Shown in pieces: positions 7,658 to 15,419 of a DNA stretch of 20,000 bases. The position numbers were made by a program, and so were the translations under genes. The notes beneath the pieces are model-generated. The model had not been told where the DNA came from. It was given only the letters and a program-made list of their open reading frames with translations, and searched no databases. The DNA comes from an uncultured virus (IMG/VR IMGVR_UViG_3300022861_000081) (taxonomy: Duplodnaviria; Heunggongvirae; Uroviricota; Caudoviricetes): the IMG/VR virus record IMGVR_UViG_3300022861_000081; one strand, written 5' to 3'. Each line of letters starts with the position of its first letter. The stretch's first letter is position 1.

Positions 7658-7877
7658 GCCCAAAACCCTCAGTCTAATCCGGACGCTCTACCGCTAAGCC
7701 AAAGGGCCATATTTTTTGGGGGCCCCTACGGGGTTCGAACCCGCGTCTTCCGTTTGGGTGGTTTCGCCTACTCCGCTATCGTTTCGCTGCGATAAATCTT
7801 TGGGTGAAAGTCTGATCCGGTTTCAGTGACCGGGGTTGAACCTGAAGATAAGTTTGAGTCTGAGCCTGGATTGGGCA
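7658..7877 (-). ncRNA. Circularly permuted tRNA-mimic ncRNA (YrlA-like architecture); core 7679-7752
   Basis: The T-arm and acceptor 3' strand with CCA (7752-7717) come BEFORE the acceptor 5' strand and D-arm (7708-7679), joined by an 8-nt linker; outer boundaries are approximate. Confidence 0.7.
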
Positions 7878-7897
7878 TTTCTGCCCCACCCAACCGT

Positions 7898-8665
7898 TTA
7901 GGCGTCGAACAGCGGCTTGAACACGTAATCCAACAAGCCAGCGCCAATCTTTTTGTCGCTCACGCTTGTGTCCTGCTCGTTTGCCTTCGAACGAGCTTTG
8001 GTCACAGCGCGATAAAGTGTCTCCACACGATCGAGCAGATCTGCCTTTGTCGACGGCGTGATCAATGCGCTCCACTCCTGCTCAAGAATCGTGCCAATCA
8101 CGGTATCCACATCCATCACCTGTGTCTGCGCAGGATGCTTGTCCGTGGCGTCATAGAGCACCAACGGCTTCTTGTCCTTCCGGGTCCGAAACTTGGTTAC
8201 GTCCCGAGCCTTCCAGTATCCCTTGCCGCGCGATTCATCCGGTTTGAAGCCCTTTGCCGGGTCCAAGGTGGGGATGGATACAATCAGTTCCTTCCACTCG
8301 CCTACGCGCTTTTCAAGCTGAAGAAGAGTCGTTGCCGGTACGTCCTTGGCCAGGATCTCTCCATCCTCTGTCACCACGTCGGCCTTTGCCTGCGTGTTGG
8401 CCGCATCCACTTGGTAGGCGATGTCGACGGCCTTGGCCAGGTGCTTTGAAACCCACTCAATCTGCTGAGCAACCGTGGACTGTACGTCCTGCTGCTCTTC
8501 GATTGCAGAGATTCTTTCAACTTCTTCGTTGGGCGTGAAGCTCTTCATCCGCCCTTCGAACAGATGGCGTTTTTTCTCGAAGGTGGCAATCAGATCCTGA
8601 CGCACCTTCGATGCCTGACCGCTTAAACTTCCATGCACGGCCAGCAGTTCGTGCAGCTTTGACAT
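7898..8665 (-). CDS. Conserved phage/bacterial helical hypothetical protein, 255 aa
   Basis: Clean ORF with GGGAGG SD; motifs VPATTLLQLEK, IPTLDP and LYDATDKHPAQ look like a widespread uncharacterised family. Confidence 0.75.
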   Translation of the reverse strand: MSKLHELLAVHGSLSGQASKVRQDLIATFEKKRHLFEGRMKSFTPNEEVERISAIEEQQDVQSTVAQQIEWVSKHLAKAVDIAYQVDAANTQAKADVVTEDGEILAKDVPATTLLQLEKRVGEWKELIVSIPTLDPAKGFKPDESRGKGYWKARDVTKFRTRKDKKPLVLYDATDKHPAQTQVMDVDTVIGTILEQEWSALITPSTKADLLDRVETLYRAVTKARSKANEQDTSVSDKKIGAGLLDYVFKPLFDA

Positions 8666-8714
8666 GGTCCCCTCCCGACGATGGGAATATACATCACCCT
8701 GGCCATGCGCGCAA

Positions 8715-9257
8715 CTAATTTATCGTGTTTTTCCACCAGTCCGGCAAAAAGTTGACTGCAGCCGCAGGTCGTTCCTCGGTCGGCGCAAATTCAATTTTTC
8801 CTTTTGCGTTTTTCTCGTAAAAGGTCATGAAATTGGCAGGCATGATCTGTGGACCCTTGATGCTCGTGACCAATGCATCAACCCATAGCTCCCGTGGCAA
8901 ATTTGCCACAGTTCCGTCGAATCTTTCTGCAAGAATGCGAATGTATTCCTTTTCGTATTCTTTGAAGGGGATCTTTTCCGCAAGCCCAAAATACTTGGCG
9001 AATTTGCTTCCATTGACTGCCATTGCGTCCGACTGTACCAGAGCTGCCGGCAAATGAATTTCAGAAAATATCTCCCGAGTCATGGTTCTCAAAGCCGCAC
9101 GACCAGCATCGTCAATGCCATTCGTAAGAATCAAATCTCTTTGCGCAGCACATCCATTGTGGTCGTAGGCCCGCACCATAAAAGGAAGGGATTCGCCTTT
9201 GCTGAGTGTTTGAATGCCTTCGTCGTGAACTTTGCGGCAAATCTCGCGCCAATCCAT
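8715..9257 (-). CDS. Hypothetical protein, 180 aa
   Basis: ORF with a -10-like TATATT 6 nt upstream of the ATG. Confidence 0.6.
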   Translation of the reverse strand: MDWREICRKVHDEGIQTLSKGESLPFMVRAYDHNGCAAQRDLILTNGIDDAGRAALRTMTREIFSEIHLPAALVQSDAMAVNGSKFAKYFGLAEKIPFKEYEKEYIRILAERFDGTVANLPRELWVDALVTSIKGPQIMPANFMTFYEKNAKGKIEFAPTEERPAAAVNFLPDWWKNTIN

Positions 9258-9363
9258 GCACGCAATATACGCTCGGGAACTGCCGGAAGTCTACATTCCC
9301 AAGCGTAATAGGGATTGCCATTGCACCCAAAAAGTTATATATTTGTTTTATTGGAGACGCATT

Positions 9364-9621
9364 ATGTACACCACAAATCTGCGCAAAGTCGGCGGATCAA
9401 TCATGCTGGTTGTTCCCCCCGCATTTCTTGAGCAATTAAACATGCAGGTAGGAACTGCAGTAGGCGTGGCTATTGCGGATGGCCGCCTTGTCGTCAAACC
9501 AACGCCGCAGTCACATTACACGCTCAAGAAATTGCTGGCCATGTCCGACTACTCGCGCCCGCAGACAAAGGAAGATCGCGAATGGGTCAACAATCGCGCT
9601 GTGGGTGGCGAACTGCTATGA
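9364..9621 (+). CDS. pemI: AbrB/MazE-family antitoxin (PemI-like)
   Basis: MYTTNLRKVGGSIMLVVPPAFLEQL...GRLVV.P....YTL..LLA..D...EDREW....VGGELL; GGAG SD; TTGCCA-N17-TATATT promoter at 9315-9343. Confidence 0.9.
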   Translation: MYTTNLRKVGGSIMLVVPPAFLEQLNMQVGTAVGVAIADGRLVVKPTPQSHYTLKKLLAMSDYSRPQTKEDREWVNNRAVGGELL

Positions 9622-9944
9622 AGCGTGGAGACATTTATCTGGTTTCGCTCGATCCGACGCTAGGCCGTGAGCAGCAAGGAAGTCGACCAATCGTCATCGT
9701 TTCCGCAACAGAATTCAACCAAGCAACCAAATTGCCCGTAGTCTGTCCGATCACAGGCGGCGGAGATTTCGCGCGTCGCCTTGGATTTGCTGTTCCGATT
9801 TCAGGAATTGAAACAATGGGCATTGTTCGCTGCGATCAGCCCCGTGTGCTTGATCTTAGCGCTCGTAATGCACGCAAGATCGACACTTTGCCAAAGCCCA
9901 TCTTGGAAGAAGTCCTCGCAAAACTTGTTACGATTTTTGAGTGA
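9618..9944 (+). CDS. pemK: PemK/MazF-family endoribonuclease toxin
   Basis: MKRGDIYLVSLDPTLGREQQGSRPIVIVS...FN...PVVCPIT...RCDQPRVLD; ATGA overlap with the antitoxin. Confidence 0.93.
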   Translation: MKRGDIYLVSLDPTLGREQQGSRPIVIVSATEFNQATKLPVVCPITGGGDFARRLGFAVPISGIETMGIVRCDQPRVLDLSARNARKIDTLPKPILEEVLAKLVTIFE

Positions 9945-9998
9945 TTCAAATGACCAAAGATTTCTTAGGCAGTCCAGATTCCGGACTGCCTTTTTGCG

Positions 9999-10487
9999 CT
10001 ACTGGATTTTTTTGGAAGGAACCAGCCGAATGTTTTTCGGCTCGATGGCACGCAGCCTTTCCAGGCTCGCTTCATACCTGGCCAGCTCGGTCCGGTGATA
10101 CTCAACTTGGCGCTCAGAAAACAGAATCTGCTCTCCAACCTGCTCCGCGGTCGGGCAGTTCATCCGCTCCAGCCGGTCCCATTCCTGCTTGGCATGTTCT
10201 TCCTGCATCCTCTGGCGCTCGTTCATGCGCCGCTTGCGCTGCGTTGCGTAATACTCCGGATCGCAAAGTAGACTGGCCGCCTGTTGAATTCCCCGCTCTG
10301 CCGCCGTGCTGAAGGAGTAGGCCACGTCCCGAATCACCGTTTCCGTATATCGGATCAGCCAACTCTTGAATCCCGGATGCTTGTACTGCTCTGGCAGATA
10401 CTCCAGGGCATCTTCTGCCAGCTCGGCGGCAGGCCGAAAATGATTCCGCTTCGATACCACATCAGGGATCGCCTCAGGCACATTCAT
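9999..10487 (-). CDS. Hypothetical coiled-coil protein
   Basis: 162-aa ORF with AAGGA SD, in series with the upstream small ORF. Confidence 0.6.
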   Translation of the reverse strand: MNVPEAIPDVVSKRNHFRPAAELAEDALEYLPEQYKHPGFKSWLIRYTETVIRDVAYSFSTAAERGIQQAASLLCDPEYYATQRKRRMNERQRMQEEHAKQEWDRLERMNCPTAEQVGEQILFSERQVEYHRTELARYEASLERLRAIEPKNIRLVPSKKIQ

Positions 10488-10499
10488 CCGATTTCCTTT

Positions 10500-10673
10500 T
10501 TACTGGTAGAGTCCCAGCTTGGCAAAATCGCGCCGCGCCATCTCTCTGGTTTTTGGGCTAAGGCTGGCCAGCAATTGGCGTCTGTGCTCAGCTTCGGCTT
10601 CCTTCTTCTGGAGCGTCTCTTCCAACATACGCTTTTTCAAATCGGCTTTTTGGGCTTTCTTTTCTTCGTTCAT
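10500..10673 (-). CDS. Small charged hypothetical protein
   Basis: AAGGAGG SD before ATG 10673 (MNEEKKAQK...). Confidence 0.6.
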   Translation of the reverse strand: MNEEKKAQKADLKKRMLEETLQKKEAEAEHRRQLLASLSPKTREMARRDFAKLGLYQ

Positions 10674-10716
10674 TGTGGCCTCCTTGACGTTGTATTCTAA
10701 ACGGGAGGAAATAACG

Positions 10717-11088
10717 ATGGAAGAAATACTGGTCAGATTTTTCATTTCGTACACACGCAACACCTGGCTTACGGGTGAGTACATAAAAGTCTATGTGCGC
10801 AAGGGGTTGCATCTTGGCACAGATCGCAAGATGCATCACTATCTCGATATTGCCAACATTACAGTCGATCCCAGATTCCGTCGACAAGGCTACTTCAAAG
10901 CGTTCCTGGCGCTTTGTCAGGAGATCCAGCCTTATGACGGCATCAAAGTAGAAAACGTTCTGGACGACGATCTGCGCGCGTATCTTCGCCGACTGGCGCT
11001 CAGCGATCCTCGCTGGGCAGAATCCGGAATAGAACTTAGCCCGGATTTTCTATGGGAAAACTTCAAGACAGAGAGATCGGGTTCCTGA
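10717..11088 (+). CDS. GNAT-like acetyltransferase-fold protein
   Basis: LDIANITVDPRFRRQGYFKAFL matches the acetyl-CoA-binding motif A; GGAGG SD before ATG 10717. Confidence 0.65.
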   Translation: MEEILVRFFISYTRNTWLTGEYIKVYVRKGLHLGTDRKMHHYLDIANITVDPRFRRQGYFKAFLALCQEIQPYDGIKVENVLDDDLRAYLRRLALSDPRWAESGIELSPDFLWENFKTERSGS

Positions 11089-11090
11089 AC

Positions 11091-11636
11091 TCATCTTTCT
11101 GTCAGTTCGGCTACGATCATTTCTACCCAAAAAATCGCTTTTTTAACCCTTTTCTGTACGACGCTGATAGGCACATCTTCCAATGCCGCGATCTGCGCAT
11201 TCTTCAGGCCGTTGATGTGTCTAAGAACGAAATATATGCCGTACGGTGGGGGGATGCGATAGAGCACTGTTTCGAGATTCTTCTTTGCCCCCGCAGACAG
11301 CTTTGAACCGCTCCGTTTCACGGCCGCAGCACAAAGCGCCGCTTCATCCTTTTGCGCTTTTTCACACCAGGGGCCGTATTTGCGCCTCAACACGGTTCTT
11401 TCTTTTTCTTCCTGAACTTTCTCTGTTTGATCATGCTGAGACAGCCATGCCAGCACTTCGGCTTCATGCTTTTCGGCCGACAATCCCAATTCGTGAATCT
11501 TGGCAGAATCATTGTTGATCCGAAACAGGTCGTCGTCTACGGAAAGGCCGGTGTCATGATCGAACACCATCTGGGGATGAGCATATTCATGGAATATACC
11601 CTCGACAACCTCAGAAATATCCTCGTCGGTGCTCAT
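11091..11636 (-). CDS. Protein with C-terminal sigma70 region-4 (ECF-type) HTH
   Basis: L.RIPPPY..YFVLRHINGLKNAQIAALEDVPISVVQKRVKKA fits the sigma r4 pattern; no recognisable region 2. Confidence 0.65.
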   Translation of the reverse strand: MSTDEDISEVVEGIFHEYAHPQMVFDHDTGLSVDDDLFRINNDSAKIHELGLSAEKHEAEVLAWLSQHDQTEKVQEEKERTVLRRKYGPWCEKAQKDEAALCAAAVKRSGSKLSAGAKKNLETVLYRIPPPYGIYFVLRHINGLKNAQIAALEDVPISVVQKRVKKAIFWVEMIVAELTER

Positions 11637-11830
11637 ATGTTTTTCGATTTATTCTAGCAAAATCTATCGCAAGACGTTGAAGAAATTGCCGTACGCTTGG
11701 CTAAACCATTTTGGGACAGGCTATTCCCATTTATGAAGGTTCGTTAATAAAAGTGTCTAATGAATTTGAAAAACCGGTCGATAAATTTATAAAATCAGGC
11801 ACATCCTATACCCCAAAGGAATGAAATTCC

Positions 11831-12112
11831 ATGATCGATTCGGTGCTAACGAAGCTGGTAATAACGATTGTGACTATTTTAGTCTTGTTCATTTTAGTGC
11901 TGATTTTTAATGAGATGTACGAACTGCTCCAGAAATTTTTTTGTTCTAACCGTTTTGGCGGTAGTAAATCGCCGAAGGCAGATGACCCTGCGCTTCTGAA
12001 GCAGCCGCAGGATGTAAAGCGATATATGAAAGAATGGCATTGCTCGGAATCGTACGCTAAAGGTATGCTCCATAAATACCAGCGGATAAAAGATGATGAG
12101 ATGACACGCTAA
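11831..12112 (+). CDS. Hypothetical membrane-anchored protein
   Basis: N-terminal hydrophobic stretch LVITIVTILVLFILVLIF; AT-rich segment. Confidence 0.5.
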   Translation: MIDSVLTKLVITIVTILVLFILVLIFNEMYELLQKFFCSNRFGGSKSPKADDPALLKQPQDVKRYMKEWHCSESYAKGMLHKYQRIKDDEMTR

Positions 12113-12145
12113 TTGAAGTAGGTATATGGAGTAAAAAATATGAAT

Positions 12146-12290
12146 TGCCGGTCTTTCCCGGCAGTCAATCACCCCACTGTTCCACCGACATTCCTGAACT
12201 CGTCGTGCGCTCGGCTAGACGCGTCGCGCTTGAAACGAGCAGTTCCCTGATTGCCAGGCCAGCCGTTCAGGGAGAGGTGATCCTCACCCG
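12146..12290 (-). ncRNA. Candidate structured RNA downstream of tRNA-Arg
   Basis: Nested stems ATCACCTC/GGGGTGAT, CCTGAAC/GTTCAGG and CTCGT/ACGAG, then a TGCCGG-GAAAGA-CCGGCA hairpin. Confidence 0.4.
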
Positions 12291-12297
12291 TCAATCT

Positions 12298-12374
12298 TGG
12301 TAGCCCCGACTGGAATCGAACCAGCGACTAACGGTTTAGGAAACCGCTACTCTATCCAACTGAGTTACGGGGCC
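12298..12374 (-). tRNA. tRNA-Arg(CCT)
   Basis: GGCCCCG...GCGGT TTCCTAA ACCGT...GCTGG TTCGATT CCAGT CGGGGCT A CCA. Confidence 0.95.
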
Positions 12375-12379
12375 AAACT

Positions 12380-12527
12380 TGGTGCAGCGGGCCGGGCGCT
12401 ACTCCAGCTCCTCTTGCCCTCGGCCCCGGGCATTCAGCCTATGGCTATGGCCTTACCAGTACCTAGCCTTCGGTCTGATAGGCGTAGTTCCAACACTAGG
12501 CGTGCCTGCTTTCCACGCCGCCGCTGC
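12380..12527 (-). ncRNA. 148-nt tRNA-like RNA with CCA end and an expanded central domain
   Basis: Acceptor GCAGCGG/CCGCTGC-A-CCA; D-like arm GCGTG-GAAAGCAGG-CACGC; T-like arm GCTGG-AGTAGCGC-CCGGC; TAGAAT -10 just upstream. Confidence 0.65.
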
Positions 12528-12567
12528 ACTGCCATTCTACATAAGCTACGGCGCAAATTCCACAGCG

Positions 12568-12822
12568 TTAAGCGCTGCGTCGTTGCTCTTTCAGGTTGTT
12601 GATGTCCGCTTCGTGCCGCCCAAGAATCATATAGAACTGCGACAAATCGGCCTGCATTCGATCCAAACGGCCATCAATTGCAGTAAAACGGTTGTCCATT
12701 CGGGCATCCGTCGCGGTGAAACGATTGTCGATCGCACCGAACCGCGCATTGTTCAGGAAGATCCCCACCAGGACCAGCAACGAAGGAATACCGATGCTCA
12801 GGGCTAGCTGCAAGTTCGTCAT
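12568..12822 (-). CDS. Small membrane-anchored coiled-coil protein with heptad repeats
   Basis: MTNLQLALSIGIPSLLVLVGIFLN followed by ARFGAID-NRFTATD-ARMD-NRFTAID-GRLD; TATAAT 7 nt before ATG 12822. Confidence 0.7.
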   Translation of the reverse strand: MTNLQLALSIGIPSLLVLVGIFLNNARFGAIDNRFTATDARMDNRFTAIDGRLDRMQADLSQFYMILGRHEADINNLKEQRRSA

Positions 12823-13072
12823 GCCCGCAATTATACCCCGATTCTCTCCACAAGCTGGTGGGTGCATCATAAACAGCATAAAAAATCATTGCCGCCTGTA
12901 AAAAACTTTTTGTATTGAGTTGTCCAGGAAGAAGCAAAACGTGCAACAAATCGAACCATTTTTAATGATGGCGTTAGACGGCGCTGAATCGTGGATTCAT
13001 TCTGAAACACCTGCGGTTCAGGATAAGACACCGAGTGTCCAGAATAGGGCCTGTGGCCTAAAACGTTACAAG

Positions 13073-13099
13073 TAAAGGTGTTGCACGGCACACCGATGA
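13073..13099 (+). promoter_or_regulatory. sigma28 (FliA) promoter of the flagellin gene
   Basis: TAAA-N15-ACCGATGA versus the consensus TAAA-N15-GCCGATAA. Confidence 0.8.
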
Positions 13100-13151
13100 A
13101 GGGGGTGGATGCAGAAACAACAAATTTAAGCATCCCAAAGGAATTACCCAT

Positions 13152-14108
13152 ATGAGTTTGAGCGTACTCAACAACATCAATGCTTCCTACGCCGAGTCCA
13201 ACCTGAACAAAACCAGCAGCAGCCTGTCCACGGTGTTGCAGCAGTTGTCTTCGGGTTCGAAGATCAACTCTGGCGCCGATGATGCCGCCGGCCTCTCACT
13301 GGTCAACGGTCTGCAGGCCAACCAGGAAGCCCTAAGCCAGTCGACCACCAACGCGACCGAGGGCGTGGGTCTTCTGCAGGTCGCCGACGGCGCACTTTCG
13401 CAAGTCACAAGCCTGCTCAACCGTGCTGTTACGCTGGCCACCGAGGTCTCGAACGGCACCCTCAACACCACACAGGACGCGGCGGCCAACGAAGAATATC
13501 AGTCGATTTTGTCGGAAGTTTCGAGCATCGGTTCGACGACCACCTACAACCAACAGCAGGTCTTTGGCAACACTTTTGCCATCTACACCGGCGACTCCAC
13601 CACGCAGGGTTCTTCGGTTGATGTTCTGTCCATCTCCGGGCTCAATGCTACGACAGGAACGGTTGGAGACGCGGGCGGCACACTCACCTACAAGACAGGC
13701 ACGGCTGATTCGACTACGGGTACTTCGATTACTTACGGCACGGCTGCTTCCATCTCCTATACGGCCAATGCCGGTATTTCACTTGGTGCAACCTCGCTTA
13801 GCGGCACAACTACTGCTGATGCACAGAAGGCTGCACAGATTGCTCTGACTAGCTTGAACACAGCCATTTCCGATGTGTCTTCACAGGACGGCTACATTGG
13901 TGCCCAGATCAACACTCTGAATGCCATCAGTACGGTCGAATCCTCGCAGCAGGAGAACATTCAGTCCGCGCAGAATGCCGTGCAGGCCACCGACTACGCG
14001 ACGGCTTCCTCCAACCTGTCCAAGTACGAGATCCTTAGTCAGACCGGCATCTCGGCTCTTTCCCAGGCCAACAGCGTCCAGCAGGAAGTCACCAAGCTGT
14101 TGCAGTAA
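13152..14108 (+). CDS. fliC: Flagellin
   Basis: N-terminal QLSSGSKINSGADDAAGL...NATEGVGLLQVADGALSQVTSLLNR; C-terminal IGAQINTL...ATDYA...LSKYEILSQTGISALSQAN...V.KLLQ; short Thr/Gly-rich variable domain. Confidence 0.97.
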   Translation: MSLSVLNNINASYAESNLNKTSSSLSTVLQQLSSGSKINSGADDAAGLSLVNGLQANQEALSQSTTNATEGVGLLQVADGALSQVTSLLNRAVTLATEVSNGTLNTTQDAAANEEYQSILSEVSSIGSTTTYNQQQVFGNTFAIYTGDSTTQGSSVDVLSISGLNATTGTVGDAGGTLTYKTGTADSTTGTSITYGTAASISYTANAGISLGATSLSGTTTADAQKAAQIALTSLNTAISDVSSQDGYIGAQINTLNAISTVESSQQENIQSAQNAVQATDYATASSNLSKYEILSQTGISALSQANSVQQEVTKLLQ

Positions 14109-14148
14109 TCAGCGGGTTTCATCACTTTGTATCAAAACACTCAGGGAC

Positions 14149-14183
14149 GGCGGCAAAGGAAATCTACTTTGCCGCCTTTTTTT
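14149..14183 (+). terminator. Rho-independent terminator after flagellin
   Basis: GGCGGCAAAG-N8-CTTTGCCGCC followed by T7. Confidence 0.85.
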
Positions 14184-14256
14184 ATTCAAAAGATTTAACT
14201 TTGGGGTCTGTTGGATGGCATTGACCTTGCTTATTCCTTCTTGGAGGAAAGATGAC

Positions 14257-15012
14257 ATGGAAGCATACCAGCAGAGCTATCCGATTCACGTGATAAATCT
14301 TCAACGTTCTGTAGAAAGGAAAAAATCGTTTGTAAAAAACAATCAGCACTTAAAATACAATTTCTTCCCCGCCTTTGATGGGAAAACATTGGGGGCATCA
14401 CTGCTGAACAGCGATAAGCTGTTTCTCCATCCACTTCCCTTCCCCAGTCTTGGTGCCTTTGGTTGTGCGTTGTCGCATTTCACATTGTGGAAATTGGCTA
14501 TGCAGAATAACTTAGCTATCACAATTGCCGAGGATGACGCGATTTTCCGGGATGACTTTGTGACAGCTTCGGCCAATCTGATTGAGTCGCTGCCCAAAGA
14601 CTGGGACATGGTCTATTGGGGATGGAATCTGGATGCGCCCTTGGTTGTTAGCATAATGGGGAATGCTGCGTCTGCCCTCTTGTCCTTTGACCAAAATGCA
14701 ATCGTCAAAAAGATTGACGCGTTTCGGATCTCAAAAGAACCGGCGACAGCACTAAAACTGAGCAAGTGCTTTGGCATACCTGCCTATACGATTTCTCCAC
14801 AAGGGGCAAAAAAGTTTATTGAACAGTGTTTCCCAATTAAAAATACGTATGTCGTATTTCCATTGCTGAACAAATATTTTTCTATGACGGGAGTCGATAT
14901 GGCCATGAATCTTATTCTTTCAGACACACAAAGTTATGTTGCTTTCCCTCCGTTAGTTGTGACCCCGAATGATCACGGTATCAGTACGATCCAACGCCCT
15001 GATTCTTTGTGA
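14257..15012 (+). CDS. Glycosyltransferase family 25
   Basis: IHVINLQRSVERK, FPAFDGK, GAFGCALSH..LW, IAEDDAIF, AYTISPQGAKK; GGAGG SD before ATG 14257 (the longer ORF-track start overlaps fliC and was discarded). Confidence 0.9.
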   Translation: MEAYQQSYPIHVINLQRSVERKKSFVKNNQHLKYNFFPAFDGKTLGASLLNSDKLFLHPLPFPSLGAFGCALSHFTLWKLAMQNNLAITIAEDDAIFRDDFVTASANLIESLPKDWDMVYWGWNLDAPLVVSIMGNAASALLSFDQNAIVKKIDAFRISKEPATALKLSKCFGIPAYTISPQGAKKFIEQCFPIKNTYVVFPLLNKYFSMTGVDMAMNLILSDTQSYVAFPPLVVTPNDHGISTIQRPDSL

Positions 15013-15041
15013 TATTAAAAAATCGCAAGTATCACAAAATT

Positions 15042-15419
15042 TTAGAGGTCCAGCCAGTCAAATTGGCTAGAATTCTCTGCGATTTCGCTTTCGTACTCTA
15101 CAGAAAATTGCGCATCCTCCAAAAACGATGGGATAGCTTCGACGAGTCCTACGGTCTTGGGACATTGCATTCTCCCTACTCGGCCAAATGCTTCGCAGAG
15201 CCAGGGGCGCACTGGATAGATCGCGCAGCGATAGCTCGCTTTGTCCAGGAATCTGCAATCCACCTGACCCCGCTTCTGCGCTGCCAGCCGCTTCCGCTCG
15301 GTCTTGGGCATTGTTTGGACGTAGGCTTTGATCTTTCCCAACCGGTCGCGGGAAAGGGGCACAGGGCCGCAGCAAAGGGCAGTGCAGGAAGAACACGGCA
15401 ATGTATTGGACGTAATCAT
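15042..15419 (-). CDS. YkgJ-family CxxCxxCC cysteine-cluster protein
   Basis: CSSCTALCC...CRFLD....CAIYPVRPWLC..FG....C; start ATG 15419 coupled to the upstream stop (ATGA). Confidence 0.85.
   Translation of the reverse strand: MITSNTLPCSSCTALCCGPVPLSRDRLGKIKAYVQTMPKTERKRLAAQKRGQVDCRFLDKASYRCAIYPVRPWLCEAFGRVGRMQCPKTVGLVEAIPSFLEDAQFSVEYESEIAENSSQFDWLDL

Noticed and set aside
7679..7752. Two-piece tmRNA interpretation of the permuted tRNA
   Set aside because: No G3:U70 Ala determinant, a full D-stem is present, and there is no room for a tag reading frame before tRNA-Thr.
13921..14256. N-terminal extension of the GT25 ORF
   Set aside because: Overlaps flagellin in another frame and spans the terminator; the SD and family motif start at 14257.
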